From the human T2T-CHM13v2.0 reference genome, Homo sapiens, in the NCBI RefSeq assembly GCF_009914755.1, contig NC_060925.1: DNA of 64,000 nt. One strand, 5' to 3'. Both the position numbers and the translations under genes were made by a program. The notes under the pieces are model-generated. The model made no database searches. It saw only the letters and a list, made by a program, of their open reading frames with translations, and was not told the origin of the DNA. Positions within the stretch are counted from its first letter, which is position 1. Every line of letters begins with the position of its first letter. Below, piece by piece: positions 13,540 to 30,070 of the stretch.

Positions 13540-14320
13540 TTTCAGCCACTCACTAATAAAACAAATACTACTGGACCCTATTATTCACCACTGGTGAACA
13601 ACACAGATGTCAGGGATCCTGTGGTGTTTACATTTTAGTGCAAGCAGACAGACACTTTTATATAGAAAAATATCAGATAGTGGGAAGCACTAGAAAAAAA
13701 TTAAAATAAAGTAACTTGACAGGAGTGACTGGGTAGCAACTTTTAGACTGATCGGTCTGAGGAGGCCTCTGTAAGGAGATAAAATTTAAACTGAGATCTG
13801 AATAGTAAGAAAGAATTAATCATATGAAGATTGGATGAAGCCTATTTCAGGGAAGAGGGAACTGCTAGACCAAAAGTCCCAGTACAGGAAAGAGCTTGGC
13901 ATATTCAGAGAACAGAAGTTTAGGTGGCAGGATCTCATAATGTGTGTGTGTATGTGAGAGAGACAGAGAGACAAAGTAGGTGGTGAGGCCAGTTGTGCAG
14001 TAAAGTGCCAGAACAGACAGGACTCTGTAAACCAGAACAAGCACATGGGTTTTACTTGAGGTGTGATAGGCAGGGGTGTGTAAGCAGGATAATTACATGA
14101 ATGGAGACACCTTGGAGGAAGACTACTATGGCTGTCAGTAGAAATGGAGAGACCAGTAAGAAGGAGATCTGTGTAGTCTCGGCAAGAGATAATGGTGGTT
14201 TAGACTTGAGTGGTAGTAGAGGTAGTAGCAGAAGTAGAGATGATACGATTTGCTGGGACTGGGTGTTAACAGTGGGGAAGATAGAAGAATTAAGGGAAAC
14301 TCTTAGGTCTCTCACCTCAA
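13540..14320. mobile_element. L2 fragments (representative; others near 1580-1870, 12880-13060, 14580-14750, 24530-24870, 34735-35420, 35800-36200, 40915-41200)
   Basis: Purine-biased L2-like motifs and (CATT)n / tgaatgaat 3' ends. Confidence 0.55.
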
Positions 14321-14933
14321 GGAGCTTTCAATATAACTGAGAGACAAGGCAAGAGTACATTAAAGAAACAATTAAGCATTAAACGTGATACTGAATAAAG
14401 TTCTGAGAAAAGGATATCAATGCAAGCTGAAAGAAACAGGCTTCGCTGAAGGAGGACTCAAATTGGACTCTGACAGAGAAGTTAGAATTTTATACATAAA
14501 AACCAAGCAGGCATTCTTTCTAGGTTAGAAGGGTGAGGGTGGCATCGGGGGATAGGGAACACAGTATGAACAGGCTCAGGAGTACTTTCTTTTCATAGCA
14601 CTTCTCAAAGTGACAATGATTTGTTTAGGTGGTTATTTGATTGAGGTTTCTCTCTTCCACAAGACTATAAGCTCCACATGATCAAGGACCATGTCTCTTT
14701 TACTTTCCACAATACCCGTGATACAAAGACTGGCATTTGTTGAATGAATGGCTGAGAATTAACACTCTGTGTCTGGGATGGACATTGAGAAGGCTAGTCT
14801 AAGCAGAGTAGAAGACAGAGGCCGGGGGGTAGGAGATAAGGCTAGATAAGTAGTGAATTTATTCTTTTCATCAGTAACTGGGTATAATAATAATAACAAC
14901 AACAACTATTTAACAACTATCTTATAAGGATAC

Positions 14934-15450
14934 GTGATGGTTTCAAAATATGTCTACAAATTCTTTGATAGTCTTCTTCCCTTCAAGAGGTGAAACCTAC
15001 TTCCCCTTCCCTAGAGTGTAGCCTGACATAAGTAACTTGCTTCTACAGAAGAGAATAAAGTGGAAGTGACAACTGGCAACTTTAGAAATTAGGTCACAAA
15101 AGGTCCTATGCCTTCTTCTTTGCTCTCCTTGGATTAGTCACTCTGGGGAAGGGAGCTGCCATGCTGTGAGGACACTCGAGTAGCCCCAGAATGACAAGTC
15201 CATGTTGGGAGGAACTGAGGCCTCCTACCAAAAGCCATGTGAGTGAGGAACCTCCAGCCCCAGTCAGACCTCCAGGTTATAAAGACCCGGATGACATCTT
15301 AATTGCAACCTTAGAGATCTTGGCCAGAACCAGTCTGCTAAGCTGCTCCCAAATTCCTGACATATAGAAACCGTAAGATACTAAATGACTGTTGTTTTAG
15401 GCCACTAAGTTTTGGGGTAATTTGTAACCAAGGAACAGATGATCAATACA
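14934..15450 (+). mobile_element. MLT1 (MaLR) solo LTR inserted in a MIR
   Basis: Motifs ggaactgaggcctcct, ccagccccagtcagacct, ttgttttaggccactaagttttggggtaatttgt; ends aataca. Confidence 0.8.
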
Positions 15451-16187
15451 GGCTATGAGAATTAAATGAGACATATAATCAAAGCTCTTAGCATAGTACC
15501 TGGTACAGATGAAATATCAAATAAGTGACAGTTCTTTAATAGTGAAATTAATAAGCACTAAAACATGCAATTCTACATAAGGACTCCAGAATAACCAGAC
15601 TAATCATCAACATTGTAACTCTGTTCATTTAAAAACAAGATGGGTGAGAAACCTCAGTCCACAGAGATACTCTCAGCAAACCATAAACTTCCTAAGAGAA
15701 GCAATTACATTAAGGAGGTTTTCACTCATGCCTTTAAAAAGATATGAATGATATCCAGGTTTGAAAAGGACATATAGAAACAGGCATTTTCATGCTCTGC
15801 TTATGGGAGTATAAATTAGAGAAGACTTGTAAGAAGTTTATCTAGGAATATCCATCAAAATTTGAAATGTTTATATTCTTTATTTTAGCAATTTCATGTC
15901 TAGAAATCTTATAAAATAGCTCATGTACATGATATATTTTTTAAAATAATTTTTCCTTATTTGTAACAGCAAAATACTAGAAACAATTTAAATGTATATC
16001 ACTAAGAATGTGCATATATTCAGTGGAAAAGCAAGCTGCAGAACATATATTGAATGACCTTATTTATTTACAAACACACACGCATGTTAACCCATAGGCT
16101 AATTCATACTAAAAACTATTATGATTTTGTAAATAGAGAACTAGGAGGATGAAGCCCACATTACTGACTGGACACCTATGGGGGCAT

Positions 16188-16213
16188 GAGAGAGAGAGAG
16201 AGAGAGAGAGAGA

Positions 16214-16248
<35 letters not shown>
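16188..16248. repeat. Compound (GA)n(GT)n microsatellite
   Basis: Read directly. Confidence 0.95.
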
Positions 16249-16249
<1 letters not shown>

Positions 16250-17659
16250 ATGTGAGATGGGAACACAGAGATGGGAATTGAAGGAAAATTTTCATAGGAT
16301 TTCTGTATGTGTTTTATAGTTTAAACCTTATATAAGAATCCACTCACAAATTACTTAAGAAATTTTTAAAAAGACAAAAGATGAGAAAGAAATACACACA
16401 CAGGAAAAAGACGCCACATAACTTTGCAAAGGGTTTGATGGGTTTTCTTGGCTGACCCTTTCTTCCATGCCCTCACGGGGCTTTCCGAGACCACTGTAAC
16501 ATGCCCAATCATAAAATGCTAGGAAGGGTTCCTGCCCCAGGTATGTTTTCCTTAGTGCCCCAAAGTATGTACACAGTTGGTTCAAGATCAGTTTGAAGGG
16601 CAAGACTATAGTTATTCCTAATACTCTTATCAATTATGTAGTTACCTTTCAGCCACCTGAGGGGACAAACACCTTCCTCCACTGACAACTGGCCAGATCC
16701 TAAAGGAAGAAGCTGTTCTTTGGGTAAAAACTCTTCTTCCAGGTACTGAAAGTTCCAACCTCCTGAGGCTATGGCAGAGTGCATGGCTAATCAGAAGTAT
16801 CTCGGGAATGGTAGTGGTCTCACAAAAAGCCAGTGTGACTGGTTGGCAGCTGCCGTTTCACCCAAAGTTAAGAAGCAGCTGAAAGCCAATGCCAGCAGGA
16901 TCGAGTGAGGTGCTGCTGCACTTTTCTCTGTGCTGCAAACACTCTATGCCTAGTGTATCAGCTGCCTCACTGCAAAAGCATGCTCTGGAGAGCTGACCAT
17001 TAACTTTCCAGGTACCAAACATCACTTAGGTCTTCTTACTCACTTATAAAACCTGGATCACCCACTGTTCCCTAGGACTTGGCTATTTAACCCATAAATT
17101 ACAAAGCTGGATTCCGTCTTCTAGCATTTCTCTCTTCAGTAAAATAATGCCAACATCTGTGGAAAGCTATAGCAAAGCTTATATATGTAACTAAAATGGA
17201 GATGAGGCACCCTCCCATTACTTTCTCTGGAATTGCTCTGGCCTCTAACAGATGCATTCTAGAATGTCAGATCAGATTCAGGCATTAGAAAAGTCACACT
17301 TTGGAATTCAGAGTCTAAAAAGTTGAATTAAATAGAACCCATTAAGAAAAATCCATATTCCAGCCAAAAGATGAGTCATGACTTTTATGCATATTACATG
17401 ACTTTTCATTAGAAAAATTAAAAATAGCTACAGTAGACCATTTGCTTAATACATCATTTTATACTATGAAGTTGGAAATGCTGCTTTTTTGCTTTGGGGT
17501 TGAAGTTAAGTGTCCTTTAAATAGTAAAGAAAAAGTTATTAAAACAGACAATCATCAATGATGAGTGATTATTAGTCCTAGCAGGGACTCAGCATCATAT
17601 CCTTTCAGCTTTATCTACTGAGCACCTACTGAATCCTACAGGGGCTACCAAGATGTAAC

Positions 17660-17900
17660 GCAGCATGGGAAGCTGGAAAGAAGAGAGGCTTCCAGGACTT
17701 GAATATTTTACTTTTAGTATTGCTACACAGCTGAGTGACTGTGGACAAGCTACTTAACTTCTTTGAACCTCAGTGTTCTTAACTGTAAAATGGAGAGAAC
17801 ATCTCCTACTTCATAGGACTGTAGAAGCCAAGAAAGGAGATCACATGTGCAGTGCACCTAATAATGGCTGGCACAAAGAAAGCATTTAATGAATGGCAGT
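17660..17900 (+). mobile_element. MIR (representative; similar cores near 3000, 23540-23720, 27270-27390, 36410-36590, 40070-40230, 62810-62960, 63290-63430)
   Basis: Core gtgactgtggacaagctacttaacttctttgaacctcagtgttcttaactgtaaaatgg. Confidence 0.75.
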
Positions 17901-18220
17901 TATCGTCAATACCATCATCGTTATCATCATCATTGCCATCGTTTTCTTTATCATCATGCTTAAGGCTTAGAGTACAGTGTACAACTTTCTAGTGCAATTA
18001 GAAGTATATGCAAATAAGCATCACATAAGGTATTTGGACTGAGTGCTAAAAGAGAGCTACACAGAGTACTATAGGAGAAGGGCACTCAAGGTCCTTCTTG
18101 ATACGGCTCTTGCTGACTTACTTATCTCTGGCCTTTTTTACCAAACCATACTGTAGCTATAATGAGTGACTAAAATTCCCTGAACACACCATGTTTTCAT
18201 TCATCTATACTTTTGCACAT

Positions 18221-19163
<943 letters not shown>

Positions 19164-19427
19164 CACTAATGTTCTACCTAAAATATTCTTCTCTCTTTCT
19201 GTAGAATTCAGCTGGCCAACTCCTATTTGCCCTTCAGGACTCAGTTCAAGATCTCTAGGAAATCTCACCTGGCTCCAATCTAGGTGAGATACATACTTAA
19301 AAATGCCCTCACAATACTCATTTGGACCTATTTCTTTTTGCTTATCAGGCTGCTTTACAACTGTTTACTTTTCTATTTCCTCCATCTGATTATAAGATCC
19401 TTGAGGGAACTGGGGGCAGTGGCTCAC

Positions 19428-19735
19428 ATGTGTAATCCCAGCACTTTGGGAGGCTAAGGTGGGAGGATCACTTGATTCCAGGAGTTTGCAACTAGCCTGG
19501 GAAATAGTGAGACCCTGTCTCTATAAAAAAGAAAAAAGAGAGAGAAAGAGAAAGAAAAAAAATTAGCCAGATATGGTGGTGCGTGCCTGTAGTCCCAGCT
19601 ACTCCAGAGACTGAGGTGGGAGGATCACTCGAGCCTGGGAGGTCGAGGCTGCACAGTGAGCTGTGATTGCATCACTGCACCCCAGCCTGGGTGACACAGT
19701 GAGATTGTGTCTCAAAAAAAAAAAAAAAAAAAAAA
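19428..19735 (+). mobile_element. AluJ
   Basis: Full dimer with expanded A-rich linker and poly(A). Confidence 0.9.
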
Positions 19736-19736
19736 G

Positions 19737-19925
19737 GTCAGAGAGCTTGTTTGCCCATTCTGTTCTGCCATGTGAGGACACAACAAGAAAGTGCCATGTA
19801 TGAAATAATGAGCCTCCACCAGACACCAAATCTGCTGGTGCCTTATCTTGGACTTCCCAGCCCCTGTTGTTTTTAAGTTACGTAGTCTACGATATTTTGT
19901 TATAGCAGCCCGAATGGATTTAGAC
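19737..19925 (+). mobile_element. MLT1A-type LTR 3' portion
   Basis: gccatgtgaggacaca...accagacaccaaatctgctggtgcctt...ttttgttatagcagcccgaatgga. Confidence 0.75.
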
Positions 19926-20628
19926 AGAATCCAAAGCCTAGCTCCATAAAAGCAGCTAGGTAATTGTTGAATAATGTCTTCAAGGAAGGAGACTCCCTAT
20001 AACAGTCAAGAGGGAATGAGTATAAAACCAGAGGTTTCATGAATAAAACAGAAAAGTAAATTAGATTTCAACTACTAATTTAAAGCTTTTTCAAGGGAAG
20101 ATTTGATTTTAACTTTTTTTTTTTTCAAACTAATGGCTTTTTTTTCAGATTATATTAACTTCAACTTACATTGTGATAAGAACAGTTCTCGTTAAGTGAT
20201 ATAATAACACTTCTTGTTTGAGCCAGTTTGAATTGCTTCTAAAACAACTGCCACTAAAAGCATCTTAAGTGACAGTTATGTTTAGATATGGAAACATAGT
20301 TAAATATTACTTTAATTTTTCTACCTACTTTGGTTTAGGACAGATGCCTCTGACTTCAACAGACCATCAGAGATGTGTAACATTAATTTTAGAAAACCAC
20401 TCAGACAGAGAGTGCTGAGCTCCCTTAGGAAACAACACAAGTCTCTGCTTTCCCATCACCAATGCTCTGGGCCTGCGCTCATGGTGAAGTCCTCTGTTAT
20501 CAGGCTGGCTTCATAAGTCAGTCCCAGCATCTTTGAAGGCATATTGATGCTGAAATGGAAAGGGTTTCACTGCAATCTCTTCCAGTTTCATAGATGAAGC
20601 CCTAGGACAGAAGCAAACTTTCCTATTT

Positions 20629-21512
20629 ATAGCAGGTTCTTGAATAATATTTTGTCCAATGTCATTTGGTTATAACGTTGATGGGAAAAAAATCTGACTC
20701 CTGGCTGGGGCCACTGTCTGTTTGCATGTTCTCCTCATGTTGGCATGGGTTTTCTCCAGGTACTCCCACATCACAAAACTGTGCATGTTAGGTTAGCTGG
20801 CATGTGTAAACAGTCCCAGTCTGAGTGTGAGCGTGTGTATGAGTAAGCCCTGCGATGGGGGTGGCGTCCTGTCCAGGGCTGTTTCCTGCTTTGTACCCTA
20901 AGCAGGATAGGCTCTGGCCACTCATGACCCGATCCTGCGCTGAAATAAACGGATAAATATTTTACTTGCTTTTATTCATCTTTTGTAAATGTATGTATCG
21001 CTCACGTTTATTTCAATGTTGAATACTAGATGTGTTTTGGTCTTTATCTAGAAGTGTAGTGATTTTTTTTTGTGGCCAGAAATGTGCCCTAGGAATTTAA
21101 CTTTTTTTTTCTTTTTTTTGAGACAGGGTCTTGCTCTGTTGCCCAGGCTAGAGTGCAGTGACACGATTACAGCTCACTGCAGCTTCAAACTCAAAGGCTC
21201 AAGCAATCCTCCTGCTGCAGACTCCTCAGTTACTGGGACTAAAGGTGTACGCCACCATGCCCGGCTAATTATTTTTATTTTTTTCTAGAGACAGGGTCTT
21301 GCTTTGTTGCCCAGGCTGATCTGGAACTCCTTGGATCAAGTGATTCTCCCACCTTGGCCTCCCAAAGTGTTGGGATTACAGGTGTGAGCCACCACACCTG
21401 ACCTTAAGTCTTCTTTATATTAATTAGCCTATGATAAAACTGGTTTCATTATATGCCATTTACTTAAGTTTACCGTTTCCAAAAACCTATCAATGACATT
21501 GAGATTTACTGT
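20629..21512 (+). mobile_element. MER6A-like Tigger element with V-SINE-related core, split by an AluJ
   Basis: Start agcaggttcttgaataa; core tttgcatgttctcctcatgttggcatgggttttctccaggtactcc; end gagatttactgta. Confidence 0.75.
21102..21402 (-). mobile_element. AluJ inside MER6A
   Basis: Full dimer. Confidence 0.9.
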
Positions 21513-23142
21513 ATCTGCCTTCTCAGGTGCTTCTTGCATTAAAAATAATGGCAGGCTAAGAATAAAATGATTACTTTGTGTCTAGCTTCCTGGTTAAAGA
21601 GAACTCAGAAACCAACATATGTACCAAAGATTTGAAAATCTATGTGTTTTCTCCCACCATGTACCAATATCCCCTTTGACTCTTCCTATAATGTCAGTTT
21701 ACAAGAACGAGATGAAAAATAGATAGCTGACTTTGCCTTTTCATGCTGAACGGTATCATCCTCCTCTCAGAATGGTAAACTGCATGGCTGGCTACCTATA
21801 TGGAATCCCCAGTTTGCCCCAGGAGAGATGCTGATTATCTTTCAGTGCTTCAATGTGGTCTACTTTCACCTGATGTAATTTGCTGTGTGAATTTAGGCAA
21901 GGCCAATTTCTCCCATCCTTTTTGCAAAAAAGGGGTGAATACCTGCTTTTCTCTAATTACTTAGAGTCCAAAGGTAAAGGACAGAGGGTAAATACTAGAC
22001 GGCTGTAACTCATGAATTATTTCATGAATAATTTTGAAAGATTAAATAGAACTGAATGGAAAGTGTCATAAGGCACCATACACATTAAGAGTGAGCTACT
22101 GTTTCAGAAACGTTTATGTCAGTTACAAATAGGTATGTATGCGTTTACTGGGTAATGATGTAAAACATTTTTTACTGCAGGTTCCAGGCAAAAGTTTGGA
22201 AGTCACTGCCCCACACTATTTATCATTGGTCTTAAGTGCTGAACTGCCCCACTCCTGGACCATTGCTGAAAGGTGTGGCTTCAGATACATTTGCAAGCAC
22301 TTTCTTCTAGCACAGCACTCCTTGTCACTACTGGCTCATTCTGAACTTTGTGATTCTACTCTGAACAAGACAATACCTTCTCAGCCCCAAGAAAAATAAT
22401 ATCTATTTTTAAGCACTTTGCATGTGTGTCATTCATCTGGTACTTGACTTTTCTTTTCTACACATATACATTTCCTAACTAAATGGAAAAAGTAGGGATG
22501 GGGCTATAGTTACCCTGTGACAAATATGGTATCCTTATACATACAAGATGCTTGATCAACATCCTTAGAATAAGCCTTTATTCTCTGGCAGAGTCCCACT
22601 TCTGGAATCAATGCCTACTCAACTCTGGTCAATTTAGGGACTGGAAAAGTTTATGTTGTATTAGGCTTATTTGACTGACCAAGGTATTTAACCAACTCCA
22701 TCACCCACTCCTAAGCTATTCTTAGAATGACTACTGTTGATGATTTCCAGATTTTGTAAACTCAAATGAAATAAGCTCTCATTAGCTAATAAAAATGGGT
22801 TATCTACTTTTCTTGGGGGTTAGATGACACTCCTTTTTTATCTGACACCTATTCTACTATGTAGGAAAGGGTGATTCAAGAAACTTCCAACTTTCTCTCA
22901 ACTGCTGTATTTAGTAGAATTATTTTCTTTTGCAGAAAGGATTAACATTTTAAATATCTGGTAAATGCATAACTATTTTACCTGACTTTAACATGCTGGG
23001 ATTACAGTATGCAAAACCCCATTTCAAAAAGTAAAACAAACTGAAATGAATTCCCTATACCTACAATTCTCTATATCCTATTCATACTAAACAACCAAAC
23101 AAATATTCATAGCTTACACAGCAAAAATCAAACTTTTAGTAC

Positions 23143-23288
23143 CTGCTTATTCATTTCTGTGATGTTTATCCAGACTTTGTTCAAACCCATCTCTCCAGAT
23201 TCAATCTTCTCAAGTTGTTTTTGCTTGCTGAGTAGTTCTTCATTAAGTTTGGGGATTTCTTGGAATGAGCTTTTCTGATTAGATTCCA
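23143..23288 (-). CDS. EFCAB14: EFCAB14 exon 3 (146 nt): (M)ESNQKSSFQEIPKLNEELLSKQKQLEKIESGEMGLNKVWINITEMNKQ
   Basis: Acceptor tttttag|TG, donor CAG|gtacta. Cumulative length 480 nt, phase 0. Confidence 0.96.
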
Positions 23289-24908
23289 CTAAAAAGACAA
23301 AATAAGAACAATCATAACTAGCATAAAGTGCCCTCATGGTCCTAAGATGAAAAAATCATCAAACAGTAGGAAAGAAGATGGATTAATAAAAGTTAATTCT
23401 GACATTGTTCTTTTATTTATGTAAATATATATCTTTCACACTAAAGCTCCCATTTTAACTGGGGCTATTTCACTGCTGGCAATGCAACTTTTAAAAGTTA
23501 GCCAACTAAAAATCATAACAGAATGTGAGCAGAAAGAGTTGGCTTTGAATCTCAATTTTGTGACTCACTATGATCTTGAGCAAATTACTCAAATTCTTAG
23601 AGCTCAGTTTCCTCATCTGTAATACAGCGATAAAATATACTTTCACAGGACTGTTAATATTAAGTGAGAGAATGGCTGCAAAGCACTTAAGACAGCTGGT
23701 CATAGATGATAAATGCTAAGTACTGACCAGCTCAATTAAGGAGCTTTTAGATTAGTCAATTAAGATTTATAAATCTACTCCATTAATGCCCAAGGTGAGA
23801 TTATAAGTTATATTTCTAAATGCTTAAATCTTTTTCTACCTTAGTCAACTGCAAGGGGGAGGTTTTACCACCTTTCGAATGCTGTTACGAGGGCTAAGAT
23901 TTTTAATCTTTTTCATAAGTAGTAAACAGTATTTTCTTAAGTCTTAAATCACCCCAAAACTCAAAATGAAATAGAAGATAAAAGAATATGCTAGGTGAAG
24001 TATAGTATGATATTTGGCCTTTCTTTTGGGAAACAATAGCTCCTGAATGGTTTAGGGATTTGCCAGCCTGAAGGCAGAGGCCTGAAACAATGCTTTCTCT
24101 TCTTTCTTTAAAGAGCATTTTCCCTTTTCATAGAAAATAAAATATTAATAATGGCTGGTCCTCCAGAATAAAACCTACATCCTTTTTTTTTTTTTAAAGC
24201 CACAGACCGCCTTAGTTATTATATGCTTCCTTAAAACTAAAAACTGGCATAAAAGACCCATATAAAATAACTTCCTAAAATGTAAGCTCCAAGACTATTT
24301 TGTTCATTTCTACATGGTCAGCTACATTTTGTTCATTTGTTCATGTGCTATTTTGTTCACTTCTACACTTAGAACACTCCTGACACATTAAAATGTTAAT
24401 TAAAATTAAAATTTTAAGCACTCAATCAATATTTATCACCTGAATAAATATTTCACCTTTGCTTAACTTCCAATTACATTTCTCATCACTTTACCTACCT
24501 CTTCAACCTACTTGTGGCCAAGCTGATCTTCCTGACACACTAACCTTTGAAGCCTCATGACCCTTGCACATGCTATGGTTTTTGCCTAGATGCCCTTGGC
24601 TTGTCTCTTCTTTATTTCTACCACTTTGGCCTAGTTCATTCCTTCTAAGATTCAGCACCAACAGCCAGGACACTCGGACCACTGCACCTCTTTTCACTCC
24701 AAATTCTACCATGCACTTAACACGTGGTACTGTAACTTTACTCATCGGTCTCCTCTACCAAATGGTGAGATGCTTGAGGACAAAGACTAGATCTAACTTG
24801 GGTATGCATTTCCAGCAGCCAGCACAGAGCCAGGTACTCAGAAGGGTTCAAATGCTTGTTCTGTGAAATAATTGCAGGGTATGAAATGGAGTTAATGTTA
24901 TACTATTA

Positions 24909-25265
<357 letters not shown>

Positions 25266-25439
25266 CAAACACATTTAACAAGATCCCCCACAAAATGAGG
25301 AGTGATGGTGGTATCCTTATTTTAAGCAAGCTTACTACTGAAAATTCAGAATAATTAAAAGAAATGAGATATATTTATTCATTTTCCAAAAATGTTTGCC
25401 AAAGGGCTTCATTATAATGACAGACTTCCTACATGCTTT

Positions 25440-26395
<956 letters not shown>

Positions 26396-27961
26396 GTGCT
26401 TTTAATGTAGCACTTGATTTACACATGGTTTACAGGAATCTATCTATCTCATACAGTAGAAACATTTTACCAGCCAGTCTAAATTCATTTCACTGAATTT
26501 CCTATACATTTTCAGTTAGGTTATAAAGAAAAACTCATCCAACAAACATCTGCCATACTCAGGTACCCCGAAGGGGCAAGGGGCGAAGTCTCTCTTTCCT
26601 GCAGTCTATACGCATGAACTAGGAGGTAGGAGTGGAAGAGGAAATAGACAAATACATAAATAACCTGGGTTACAATTATTAACTAAGAAACACATAAAGC
26701 TGACCAGCCCTGAAAATATTCTGGATCCTGAGGACTCTATGAGCCAAGAGGGGATCACAATGATTATCTGGTTTGGAGCTTTTTAGGAGAGACAAGTCAA
26801 GTAGAGGTACTTTTATTACATAAATGGGAGGAAGTGTAGCAAACAAACAACTTCTGATTACTAATTCATGTTTTTCCAACAAAGGAAGCAAACAACTTAA
26901 AATTTTGTATGTTAATGCTCAAAAGAATTTACCTAGTTCTTTTGATTTCCTAATCTTTAAGATGAGGAAATGGAAAAATGTAAACATATACCACTCAAAT
27001 AGTAAACATATTGCTGACAGCAATATTTTATATTTATACAATGTCTTTCCAGTTTGCAATAAACTTTTATGTATTAATTATTCAACAACTTGTTATTAAG
27101 CCCCCACCATGTGTCCATCCCTGCACCGGCACTAGTATATACAAAAGACCCTGAAGCTCTTAGTCTAGTGGGGAGCCAGGCACGGTCACAGAATTACTAT
27201 ACAGTGTGACCGATGTTATGACAGAGGAATGCCCAAAGTGCTTTGGTAGCACAAATACATCTTTATGTTTTATAGATGAGAAAGTGAAGGCCCAGAAAGA
27301 ATAAGTGACTTGTCTAAGTTTTACAGCTAGTTTTGCAAAGCCAGAATTCAAAAAGTCAAACCTTCTGCTCCTAGGACCAGTACTTTTTCTAGTATACTTT
27401 AGAGGTCACAGATACCTATATTCCCTAATGCCCTCGTTAGCACAAGACCATCTTTAACTTCTGTGCTAAATGACCAAGTCACTACTTTGTCTGTATGGCC
27501 AGAAAAGGAGGTGCCTGATTTATTTATACTTTTCCAAATTTCTTTTCATTTACTCAAGTCTTTCATAGTGGAGTGACAGAAAAGGATGGTTGAGAATAGA
27601 ATCTTCCTTAGAATAACTGTGGAGGTTTTTTGAAGTATCTGGTTTTGGAAAAAAGAATACTGAGCTAAGAGTTTCAGGGCCAGTCAGTACTTTTAGCTTA
27701 AGGATCAAGTTTCTCTTTGACGAGAAAAAAAAAAGAAAAAAAAAGGCCAAGCCTATCTGCTTTGCTTTCTATTTCAGGTATTTTAGCAATCCTTCCTTTC
27801 CTTGCAAGTGTCTTGGAAAATTTATAGAAATAAAATCAAGAAGTTCTGGATTTCTCAAAAAGGTATTAAAGCCAGACAAGCAGGTGGTCTTATCCAAGTT
27901 CGTGAATCCCACTGTCTTCTTGAAAAACAAGAAAAAAAAATTAACCTTAAAAAATATATTT

Positions 27962-28285
27962 AGGCAGGGCGTGGTGGCTCAGGCCTGTAATCCCAGCACT
28001 TTGGGAGGCCGAGAAGAGTGAATTACCTGAGGTCAGGAGTTCGAGACCAGCCTGGCCAACAAGGTGAAACCCTGTCTCTACTAAAAAAAAATACAAAAAA
28101 TTAGCTGCATGTGGTGGCATGCGCCTGTAATTCCCAGCTACTCAGGAGGCTGTGGTAGGAGAATCACTTGAACCTGGGAGTTAGAGGTTGCAGTGAGCCG
28201 AGATCATGCCATTGCACTCCAGCCTTGGTAACAAGAGCAAAACTCCATCTCAAAAACAACCAACCAACCAACCAAAAAAAAAAAA
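27962..28285 (+). mobile_element. AluS with (AACC)n tail
   Basis: Full dimer. Confidence 0.9.
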
Positions 28286-29746
28286 TTTTTTTTTTAAAGT
28301 AGAAGCATAATTCAAAGAAAGATTATTTAAACCTAACAAGATTGGTTCCATTTAGTCAAGATATTGGTTCTCACAAAATAACTCCTAAGTAGTCTATGAT
28401 GGTTTAGCCTATGGACTGACTACACCCCATTCCCTACCCTCCCTCAGGAAGTCCTGCTTTGCAATGTCAGGAAGACATTGCAGGTGCTGGCATTTCTATT
28501 GTAGCGAATCAAAGCCAACAAAACAGCTGGACTGACAATTCCAAATCTGCTTCATTCAGCTGGCTGACAAATGTAGTTAGGGTCCCAGGGGAATGTGGCT
28601 CAATGGTAGAAAGCAGGGTCCGCAGTCCAGGGTATAATTCTTGACATCTCCTGAAGACAATATAGTATTTCCAGGGATTGGTATTAACAAGTGTTCAATA
28701 AATATTTGTTGACTGATTGCCAGGTCTATTATATGTACAAGTACTACATTTTTAAAATGTAGTACTTTATTTGCATTCCCAAAGAAATTACCTGAAAAGC
28801 TCAGCTAAGCTATAAATTACATAAGTATCCTGTAAACACAGGTACAGAGCAGTCAGAAAAAGGAATCCCTGGATAGGTGAATTGAGCAATGTTTTGAAAT
28901 ATATAAATAAATAATTGCTATATGTGATCAAAACAAGCTACAGCACAAGCCTATAGCTGAACTACAAGCCTAACTAACTACAGGGCTGTAGTTAGGAGAC
29001 CCAATTAACTACAGAGAGATGACGGCACAGACAGGTGTCTTCAGTGGTTACTTATGGTTGAACACTGTTTCTGAGAACCTAATTTCCAAGTTATGCTTAC
29101 TACTTACAAAGGAAAAATTGGCCTCAGAGACACTGTACAATACTGCAAGGACAACTATAAAGGAGGAAAAATAAATATGGGGTATATATCTCATTGTTTC
29201 TTATATCATACTCTAAAAATTGGTAATCCAGGTTAGGATTCTGGCAGAGAATTGTGGCATACTGAATCCCCAGCCCCAGAATCAGAAACTCAGAAGAAAA
29301 CCAAAGTCAGTATTTTTTTTTTAAGCAACATCACTAGAAACATCATTAACACACTAAAAATTAGCTGTTCTTAGGCTGGGTTCAAAACTTGAGTAACTGT
29401 AGGCAGCCAAGAGAAGTTGGGATATTGCAATCTTCTAGGCTTCAGATGGGAAAGTGAGGATACTGTAATCTAGGCTTAAGATCGAAAGTAAGAACTTTAA
29501 TTCCAGTTCTGGAGCCAGATTTCTTTATGACCTTGAGAAAGCCTTGTGGTCAGTTTCCTGGTGTGCTCATGCTATTAAGGTTAGGGTATTTGTGATTAAG
29601 TTGAAACTGGTTCCTTTGCTTAGAAGATTAACCCTTAAACCTAGAGCCAAAAGTTTCAGTGTTGCTAAAAAAAAAAAAAAAAAAAATTCTATGTTAAATT
29701 CGGTCAAAGCTATTATGCAAACATACCTTTTGGAAAAAGTAATTTG

Positions 29747-30070
29747 GGCCGAGCACAATGGCTCAAAGTTGTAATTCCAGCACTTCGGGAGGCTGAGGCA
29801 GGCAGATCACTTGAGCCCAGGAGTTCGAGACCAGTCTGGGCAACATAGCAAAACCCTGTCTTTTACAAACATACAAAAATTAGCAGAGGGTGGCGCGTGC
29901 CTGTAGTTTCAGCTATTGGGATTGGGGGTGTGGGGTGCTGACACGGGAAGACTGCTTGAGCCCATGAAGTCAAGGCTGCAACGAGCCAGATGCCACTGCA
30001 CTCCAGCTTGGGTGACAGAGCAAGCAAGACCTTATCTCAAAAAAAAAAAAAAACAAGAAAGAAAAAGAAA
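29747..30070 (+). mobile_element. AluJ
   Basis: Full dimer; TSD-like gaaaaagtaatttgg on both sides. Confidence 0.9.

Noticed and set aside
24297-24368. Repeated ttttgttca motifs resembling a short spaced array
   Set aside because: Irregular spacing within an L2-like end; slippage duplication, not CRISPR-like. The window is eukaryotic and has no cas genes.
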